Shown here: one piece after another, positions 56,970-64,000 of the stretch
How the letters are laid out: every line of letters begins with the position of its first letter
Numbering within the stretch: the first letter of the stretch is position 1
Assembly: GCA_010093745.1 (NCBI GenBank)
Contig: MU005992.1
Coordinates: 1 to 64,000 of the forward strand
From: Piedraia hortae CBS 480.64
Taxonomy: Eukaryota
DNA: 64,000 nucleotides
Reading direction: 5' to 3'
The notes under the pieces: model-generated
What the model was told of the DNA's origin: nothing
Seen by the model: the letters and a program-made list of their open reading frames with translations, nothing else
The model's database searches: none
Position numbers and translations under genes: made by a program

Positions 56970-58385
56970 TCAGGCCATTTCATCAGACCCCGGAAGGACG
57001 AGCTCTTCGGCATTGCCCTCTGTGTTCTTCAGCTCTTGAAAACGATTTGCGGTTCCGGAAGGCTCGTCACGGGGTTCGCCTCCAGCGATCCAGACCTTGT
57101 CCTCGAATGTTCCTTTCTGATTCTCAGCGTGCTTATAAGGGCAGTCAGCCCGCTTGCATGGATGATAGCGGCACACGATTTGGCTATGGGCAAAGGGGCA
57201 GCCCTCGACCTTGCAGTCCGCACCGTAGCGACAGGGGCGCACGTCTGGATGCTTAAAAGGACATGCCGGACCCGCCGAGCAGTTGGGGAAGAATTTACAC
57301 TGAACTTCAGAGCGCTTGTATGACTGACGCTGAGCCGGTGACGGATGGCGCGCGAGGCATTTGTTATTCTGGCACGCAATGCCATATGTGCATGTGTCGG
57401 CCATGTCCAGCGTCGCATTAGGACGGCGATTGGCTGGCGACTGATGGGCATAAGGGCAGTCGGGGTTCTGGCAAAAGAGGTTGAACTTGCACATGATGTC
57501 AAATGGCGGTTTGGCCGCCGCTGTGTCGGTAAGCGGCTTGTCGAGGTCGGGTCCGGCGTTTGACTGCGCATCGCCGTTCTGCTGGCCATGTCCGCCGCGT
57601 CCCCCGAAACTGCCACGGCCGCCGCGTCCACGGCCACGCCCACGGCCTCCCTGCTGCAGCGCGTTGGCTACCATGCTCGCCTGCATTTCCATCATCTGCA
57701 TGAATGCCATCTGACTGGCTGGATCCAACATCTGGTTGGGCATCATCTGCATGCCGTGTCCGCCGTGTCCACCGTGTCCGTTGGGCCCGTTGGGACCACC
57801 ACGACCGCGCATCATGCTACGCGGGCCACGCGGTGGCCGATGTGTATCGATGCGCCCAGTGGCAGAAGCGGTGCTCTGAATGCGCCTCAGGGGATCCTCG
57901 GACCGGTCCGTGTGATCCTTTGTGTGCCCGATCATGCGCCCGGCCCTGCCTCGACCACCGGAACCGTCGCCGTTGCGCATGGCGCGGGGTCCTTTGGGAC
58001 TGGAACGCGTTAGCATGTTGAGATCAGATGCGCCGAGAGGTGGTACGCACGGCTCCTCCGTGATGGCAGCATCCGTCATGCGCTCGTCCAAAGTGTCGCC
58101 AACCGTTGGCTTCGCGCCATCGACCAACGCGCGCGCCTGCTCAAAGATCCAGGCGGTGAAACTCGCCACGGTCTCGTCGTCTTCGCCCACCCCCAACAGC
58201 TCTCCGCCCAATTCCGTCTGTACCTCACGAGCCTCCTTCCCATTGACAAGCATCATGGTAACATATTCTGACAGCGTGGTGTCGCTTTCGTCGGAGACCC
58301 AGCCGATCTCGATAAGGCGCGCCTGGGCGGCCTGCTGAATCTGTTCAGCCTGAGGGCTGTCGGACTCAAGTGCAACAGCAGCCAT
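56970..58385 (-). CDS. NAB2: Nuclear poly(A)-binding protein Nab2-like; probable 51-nt intron 58000-58050
   Basis: PWI-like N-terminus (LSEYVTMMLVNGK), RGG box, five tandem CCCH zinc fingers. Confidence 0.88.
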   Translation of the reverse strand: MAAVALESDSPQAEQIQQAAQARLIEIGWVSDESDTTLSEYVTMMLVNGKEAREVQTELGGELLGVGEDDETVASFTAWIFEQARALVDGAKPTVGDTLDERMTDAAITEEPCVPPLGASDLNMLTRSSPKGPRAMRNGDGSGGRGRAGRMIGHTKDHTDRSEDPLRRIQSTASATGRIDTHRPPRGPRSMMRGRGGPNGPNGHGGHGGHGMQMMPNQMLDPASQMAFMQMMEMQASMVANALQQGGRGRGRGRGGRGSFGGRGGHGQQNGDAQSNAGPDLDKPLTDTAAAKPPFDIMCKFNLFCQNPDCPYAHQSPANRRPNATLDMADTCTYGIACQNNKCLARHPSPAQRQSYKRSEVQCKFFPNCSAGPACPFKHPDVRPCRYGADCKVEGCPFAHSQIVCRYHPCKRADCPYKHAENQKGTFEDKVWIAGGEPRDEPSGTANRFQELKNTEGNAEELVLPGSDEMA

Positions 58386-58737
58386 TACGGGGGAGGTTTG
58401 TCGGTGAGTAATGCGAACTGAGGAGTTGTCAAGCTTCAATAAGCCCCACGACACGGCTCGGCCCGGACCGTCCCCAAATGAAGTCACCCGCCGTAGAACG
58501 CGTGCGCAAGCCACGCGCGCCTTTGTGGCAGCGGCCTGTTATGACAACCCGTTGTGACAGCAAAGCGAAAGGCTCCAAAGCATGAGGGATGGCGTCGAGC
58601 GAAGCGCCAAGTCGCGTCGTCGTCTCCTGTCAAGAACTGCCAAACGGTCGCGCCGATAAACACGTGACGTCAGGACTGCAGGCGCTCGGACCTCCGCACG
58701 ACTTCTGCAAATAATTTCTGGACGAGAAAGCCGCACG

Positions 58738-60447
58738 ATGGCGAGGCAAGATGAGCTGGCACCGAGCCATGGCGTCGATGGAAACCAGCAGCCGGAAAAG
58801 GATGCGATGGAGATGGAGCTGGAACGTCTAGTTCTGGGTAATTCTGCAGAGTTCAAACGCGGATTGAAGGACATTGACGAGGACAAGGCGCTGGATTTGG
58901 CTTTGGCTTTGGAGGACTTGGACGATGAGGCTCTCTTTACTGTTGACCGAGGACCGGCGGACAATGACTTGATGGAGATTGATGGCGAAGACGACGAAGA
59001 CCAAGAGCGAGGTCAGGCCGCGTGGGACGACAGCGACGATGGACGGCTGCAGGTGTCATTGGCGTCTCAACCGCGGCTGCGGAAGCTACGGAGGACGGAG
59101 GCAGAGGACTTTGTTAGCGGCAAAGAGTATATGAAACGGCTGCGAAAACAGTACGAGGCCCTTCATCCGCCACCCAAGTGGGCGCAAGACGCTATGAACC
59201 AGCCTCGGAAGCGACGACGGCTGACAAACGACAACGAAGCCGAGGACGATGATGTCGTCTCTGGTGCTGATCCATTGTCAGTTTTGCTGCAGAATTCGGA
59301 AAGCCTTGTGCGCACATCGGGGCCCGGAACTCGTCGCCGGCTTCAATCAGGCGCCGTCAACGTGCAGCGAGCGGCTGGCGTTCCCGGGGTGCAGCCGTCG
59401 GCCATCACCTCCCTCTCCTTCCACCCCACGCTGCCTCTGCTGCTCTCTTCGGGGCCGTCATCGACGCTCTTCCTCCACCAGATCGCCTCCAGCCCTCCTG
59501 AGCCGACAGCTAACCCGCTGTTAACTAGTTTACATGTCCGAAACACGCCGCTTACGACGACTGCCTTTCACCCCATCGACTCGCGCATCTTCCTCTCGGC
59601 ACGGAGGCGCTACTTTCACGTTTGGGACCTGCATAGCGGGCGGGTGGAGAAGATCACTCGTGTTTATGGCCAACAGCATGTTCAGCGGTCAATGGAGCGC
59701 TTCAAACTAAGCCCTGATGGTCTCTACATGGCACTGTTGGCCTCGTCCAAGAAGGGCGGCGGTGAGATCAACATCCTGTCGGCCTCGACTCTACAGTGGA
59801 TCGGCCAGGTACGGATCGAGGGCCGCGGCGGCATCGCTGACTTCTGCTGGTGGCGGAACAGCAAGGGGCTGTGCATTGCCGCCAAGAACGGAGAGATGAG
59901 CGAGTGGTCGGTGGAGAGTCGATCAGTCATCGTTCGATGGCAGGATCACGGCGCGGGTGGGACGACGACCACTACAATCACACTGGGAGGGCGTCACAAC
60001 CTCTCTGGGTTCCCGCTAGGTACGGATCGATGGGTCGTTGTCGGCAGCGGCTCCAGCACCGGTCCAGGCGTAGTGAACATCTACGACCGTGAAAAATGGG
60101 CCCGCAACCACCAACAAAACACCTCATCACCGCCAATCCCACCGCTTCCGGAGCCACAAAAGTCTCTTAACCACATCACGGCACCGCCCTCACACCTCCA
60201 CATCTCCCCCGACGGTCAATTATTAGCCATGGCAACGCGCTGGCAACGCGACGCGCTGCGTCTAGTCCACCTACCCAGCTGCACGGTGTATCCCAACTGG
60301 CCAACATCCTCAACGCCCCTCGGCCGGATATCCAGCCTCGCATTCTGCGACGGCGCCATCCTCCCCCACCAAGACATTTTAACCCTACTGGCAATCGGCA
60401 CAGAATCGGGTAAAATCCGTCTCTGGGAGATCCGACCAAATAGCTAA
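58738..60447 (+). CDS. UTP18: U3 snoRNA-associated protein 18 (WD40)
   Basis: ELERLVLG, AAWDDSDD, RLRKLR, LRKQYE, RRRYFHVWDL, ALRLVHLPSCTVYPNWPT..TPLG. Confidence 0.92.
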   Translation: MARQDELAPSHGVDGNQQPEKDAMEMELERLVLGNSAEFKRGLKDIDEDKALDLALALEDLDDEALFTVDRGPADNDLMEIDGEDDEDQERGQAAWDDSDDGRLQVSLASQPRLRKLRRTEAEDFVSGKEYMKRLRKQYEALHPPPKWAQDAMNQPRKRRRLTNDNEAEDDDVVSGADPLSVLLQNSESLVRTSGPGTRRRLQSGAVNVQRAAGVPGVQPSAITSLSFHPTLPLLLSSGPSSTLFLHQIASSPPEPTANPLLTSLHVRNTPLTTTAFHPIDSRIFLSARRRYFHVWDLHSGRVEKITRVYGQQHVQRSMERFKLSPDGLYMALLASSKKGGGEINILSASTLQWIGQVRIEGRGGIADFCWWRNSKGLCIAAKNGEMSEWSVESRSVIVRWQDHGAGGTTTTTITLGGRHNLSGFPLGTDRWVVVGSGSSTGPGVVNIYDREKWARNHQQNTSSPPIPPLPEPQKSLNHITAPPSHLHISPDGQLLAMATRWQRDALRLVHLPSCTVYPNWPTSSTPLGRISSLAFCDGAILPHQDILTLLAIGTESGKIRLWEIRPNS

Positions 60448-61406
60448 TCATCATCGTTACCATCATTACCATCGTCCTGATCACATTCCAAAACCCCGTC
60501 CATAACCTTCACCGCCGTCCCAATCAACTCAACTTTTTCCACCCTCTCGCACGCCTCATCCAACTCCACATTAACACTAATATGACTCTCCCGTCCCATC
60601 TCAACGCCCTGCAAAATCTCATACCCTCTTGTCCTCTTCTTCTCCTGCAAAGAGAGGAACATCCCCAACGCAACAGCCGCGCTGCCCGTAGCGGGGTCTT
60701 CGAACTTTCCCTCGATCATGCGCATGCGGACTCGAAGCGTCTCGCGGAGTGTCTTGTGGAACACCTCATCGCGGAGCATCCCTCCTCCCCCCTCACCCTC
60801 GTGGGAGGGAAAGGTATAGAACAAACCCCCCACGAACCCCGCCCCCCACGCGCCCTTGTCCAGCCTCGCGTAGGGCATTTTGCCGCCTACACCCACCCTC
60901 CCCAGCACTTCCACCGAGGTAAGCCTCACCGCAACGAAATTCATGCCCCTCACGGGGCTAATGGTTTGGATATCCTCTACCTCTGCGAGCGGGAGGGAGG
61001 GCTGGAGCGTAGCGACCTCATCTTTACTGAGCGAACCCGTATGGAGGTGGAAGGCATGTGGGATCTCCGCTGCTGTGGTCACGGTTTTGTTGGGGGCAGT
61101 TGTGTGTGATATTTTAATGGGGCCTGCGGGGCAGTACAGGGTTGTGATTTTGGGGCCGAGGAGACATGCTGTGCCGATTACGGGATGGCCGGCAAAAGGA
61201 ATTTCAGTGTGAGGTAGGAAGATGCGGATTGTGCCTAATGGATAGGGGGAGAGGAAGACGGTTTCGGAGAGGTTGAATTCGCGGGCGATTAGTTGGAGAG
61301 TTGACGTGGGGATGGGGGAGGGGGGAAGGTGGACGACGGCCAAGGGGTTGCCTTTGTAGCGGGTGGAGGTGAAGACGTCGAGGGTTGTGAATTTTAATTG
61401 GGGCAT
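60444..61406 (-). CDS. PhzF/diaminopimelate-epimerase-like protein
   Basis: DVFT...KGNPLAVV, IAREFNLSETVF, EIPFAGHP, EDPATGSAA, QGVEMGRES. Confidence 0.92.
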   Translation of the reverse strand: MPQLKFTTLDVFTSTRYKGNPLAVVHLPPSPIPTSTLQLIAREFNLSETVFLSPYPLGTIRIFLPHTEIPFAGHPVIGTACLLGPKITTLYCPAGPIKISHTTAPNKTVTTAAEIPHAFHLHTGSLSKDEVATLQPSLPLAEVEDIQTISPVRGMNFVAVRLTSVEVLGRVGVGGKMPYARLDKGAWGAGFVGGLFYTFPSHEGEGGGGMLRDEVFHKTLRETLRVRMRMIEGKFEDPATGSAAVALGMFLSLQEKKRTRGYEILQGVEMGRESHISVNVELDEACERVEKVELIGTAVKVMDGVLECDQDDGNDGNDDD

Positions 61407-61555
61407 GTTTGGGATGGGGGAGGTGTCGAGGACCCTCTCCACATCAGTATGATGTGAGTGGATGTGATGCAGGTGGATTGCGAACGTAATGCAGGTGGAT
61501 GTGATTTTGCCTAGGCACATCTATCTAGGCATAGGTGGGTTTCAATTTTCTGGAA

Positions 61556-63142
61556 TTACCATCCCTCTACCTCCCTAAACACAACAGGCAGTTTATGATA
61601 CGGCCTGACAGTAACCCATCCCTTAACATCCATCGGCAGCTCCTTTCCATTCTCCCAACTCATCTCAAACCTATCCACCCACGCTGCGAGAATACACGCA
61701 AACTCACCCTTTGCAAAGTCCTTCCCAATACAACTCCTGCTGCCATGTAAGAAGGTGAGATTCGCCCAATTATTAGCCGCCCCGCCCACGTTCGCCTGGC
61801 CTTCTTTCAGCCACCGCTCAGGGTTAAATTCGAGCGCATCATCGCCCCAAAGCGTCGGGTCGACGTTCGTTCCCCAAGGTGCAAGCAGGAACCTCGTTCC
61901 CTTGGGCGCAGCCAGTCCCTGCACTGTAGTATCAACCACGGCGTCACGCGCAGTCATAGGCACAGATGGGATGAGTCTCAAAACCTCGTTACACACCGCC
62001 TTTAGGTAGTGGAGGTTATCGATATTCTCTGCCGTGACGACGTCATCGCTCTGGGTCGACGGTAGCGATGCGCGAACTTCCTCCCTTAGTTTGTTTTGCA
62101 CTTGTGGGTGGTTGCACAGGGCGTACACGGCCCACGTCACGGCCGACGCCGTCGTCTCGTGTCCCGCGGCGAGGAAGGTCATCATCTGGTCCACACAGTC
62201 ATCATCTGTAAACTGACCCGAACGCATCGCAATGGATAGGATATCCACGTCCTTTTCGTAAGACTTCTTCGCCCGTTTCTGCTGCACCTGCTCGTGCGCA
62301 AACGCACGAATGGCGCTGGCCGCCCGTCTCGCGGCCACAAACTCCGGCAACGGTAGCGCAAAGGCGGCTTTCACGGGAAATTTGACGCCAATGATTGTCC
62401 ATCGGAGAAGGGGTATATCTTCTTCAAAGAGAATGCGATATGTCCGCAAAAGCTCCGTGTCTGGTGTTGTGAGGGAGTCAAAGTCGTAGCCCATCCCAGA
62501 CTGGCCGATGATGTCCAGCGTGACCCTGCTCGCCCATTCGTACGTGGACTGCGGCTTTCCGCTTCGTGCGGAGGCTGCGATGGCACCTGTCGATTGCTTC
62601 GCTTTCTGCCAGAACAAAACGTACAGGTCTTTGATATGTCGGTATGAAAACGCAGGGAGGAGCGCTTTGCGCTGCGCTTTGTGCGCATCGCCATTCGCTA
62701 CTAACACACCATCCCCGAGAAGCTTCCGGAACAGATAACTCACTTGGCCCGGCTTCTGGAAGTCGTACGGTTTTGTGACTAATATTTCTTTCATGGCGTC
62801 GCTCGAGGTTACGAGGATGCGCTCCTGGTTGAACAACACCCGGAGGCGGATGAGGCCATTATTGGGTACACTCAAGAGCCACCGCCGTAATGGAGCGCCG
62901 TTGTGCTCTGATTTGATAAACTTGCCGTGTGCCCATGGAAAGTTGTAGCGGCCTTCAGCCGGCTCCGGAAGGTTGCGAAAGGGGCTCGTATAGAAGGGGT
63001 AGATGACCAATTGATACACAGCGTATGCTGTCCAGACGGCCAGGACGGCCGCGAGGACATATCCTACATGTTCTGGGGAAGAGCGGAGGGCGAGATATCC
63101 CCCGCCTATGCTGGTAACGGTGAGAAGTCCGAGAGTTGACAT
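61556..63142 (-). CDS. Cytochrome P450
   Basis: N-terminal TM, AAGHETT, EVLR, PERW, FLHGSRSCIG heme motif. Confidence 0.95.
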   Translation of the reverse strand: MSTLGLLTVTSIGGGYLALRSSPEHVGYVLAAVLAVWTAYAVYQLVIYPFYTSPFRNLPEPAEGRYNFPWAHGKFIKSEHNGAPLRRWLLSVPNNGLIRLRVLFNQERILVTSSDAMKEILVTKPYDFQKPGQVSYLFRKLLGDGVLVANGDAHKAQRKALLPAFSYRHIKDLYVLFWQKAKQSTGAIAASARSGKPQSTYEWASRVTLDIIGQSGMGYDFDSLTTPDTELLRTYRILFEEDIPLLRWTIIGVKFPVKAAFALPLPEFVAARRAASAIRAFAHEQVQQKRAKKSYEKDVDILSIAMRSGQFTDDDCVDQMMTFLAAGHETTASAVTWAVYALCNHPQVQNKLREEVRASLPSTQSDDVVTAENIDNLHYLKAVCNEVLRLIPSVPMTARDAVVDTTVQGLAAPKGTRFLLAPWGTNVDPTLWGDDALEFNPERWLKEGQANVGGAANNWANLTFLHGSRSCIGKDFAKGEFACILAAWVDRFEMSWENGKELPMDVKGWVTVRPYHKLPVVFREVEGW

Positions 63143-64000
63143 GCCTCAAAATCTTCTATTCGTATTTGTCTGCTACTATTGTCGTTTTCCAGATGATTGT
63201 CTGCATCGATTTCATCGACACAAGTCATCTGGACAACCGGCGAACCGTTGGCTTCGTCAATACCGAGGGACACACCATTGGAGTCTTGTAATGACGCGTC
63301 GGAGACAATTTGTATCCGAACCCCGCGTGCAGAAGCAACTTCATTGCCGGCTTGCATCGTGCATGTCAGCTCATCTGGAAGACTGACGGACCTTCGCTTC
63401 GTGAATACCGAGGCACGCCATTTGACTCTGTGACGATGCGTTCGGGACGGGTGGTGTCCGAATCCCTTGAGCAGTAGCGTAAAAATTGTGCAAGGCAGCT
63501 CATCACTGTCTGCTGAAGACGAGGCAATTTCATTGCGTTCCTGCGTCCAAAATTTGACTGGTGGGGCGGTGATTGTGACGGGTGTTACGTTAACAGAGCC
63601 CTCTTATGCTTACAGCAGTTCATCGTTCCTGTGGCTTTTGCTTTTGCTTTATCACCTTGGTTGCTGGAAGCCTGGTTAATTGCTTCGCAACAAAGGATTG
63701 AGGGACGTGCCACGTAGGTATCTCACTTATCTACCTACAGATCTCACAGAGATTGTACGTGTACATTTATCCACGACTACCATACCAACAAATCAACACT
63801 CCTCCATCCCAGTCAGGGGATTATGGTCAAATCTTGGTATCAAGATGTTGGTCCAGTTGTGTTGAAACCTCTACTCACGATCCAATTAATGGAAGACTTT
63901 AGTGGATCCCAAGTACTGGTCGATGACCTGATCCTTTCGGTCGGCGGCTGCTCGGATGCTGGAACGACAGCTATTCTTGAATCGCTTGCACGCCTTACCC

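Noticed and set aside
63150..64000. 3' end of a spliced minus-strand gene entering from the window edge
   Set aside because: Splice-like signals are present, but I could not assemble a consistent frame or recognise a product
1..64000. CRISPR arrays, prokaryotic defence systems and the many short antisense ORFs in the track
   Set aside because: The sequence is eukaryotic, with no regularly spaced repeat-spacer array; short ORFs overlapping real genes are shadow frames

Overview
Eukaryotic, intron-containing DNA from a filamentous ascomycete (Pezizomycotina-like) with a very compact gene layout. Dense blocks of conserved housekeeping genes (TFC4, PRO2, CRH1, GH20 hexosaminidase, RPL30, RPL10, delta-8 sphingolipid desaturase, CSN3, SWD3, VPS20, OMA1, an FKBP-membrane protein fusion, NAB2, UTP18, PhzF-like, a cytochrome P450) alternate with accessory blocks (about 1-17.9 kb, 21.6-28.9 kb, 41.8-52.7 kb). 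The accessory blocks hold three paralogous families in birth and death: stand-alone NLR-type TPR proteins, F-box/LRR proteins and a small secreted protein family. They also hold one dispersed 5S rRNA gene, one intron-containing tRNA-Ile(AAT), relics of Harbinger, MULE and copia elements, and a decayed group II intron RT fragment of probable mitochondrial origin. The most striking non-coding signal is a set of more than 15 solo-LTR-like elements (119-364 bp, at least 7 families). Many have 5-bp target-site duplications, some confirmed against empty-site paralogs, and several have non-canonical TG...TA ends. Three otherwise dissimilar families share a hairpin whose outer stem covaries. An A17 tract after NAB2 and a structured RPL30 intron are candidate autoregulatory RNA elements. 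All calls are by eye; no database search was run.
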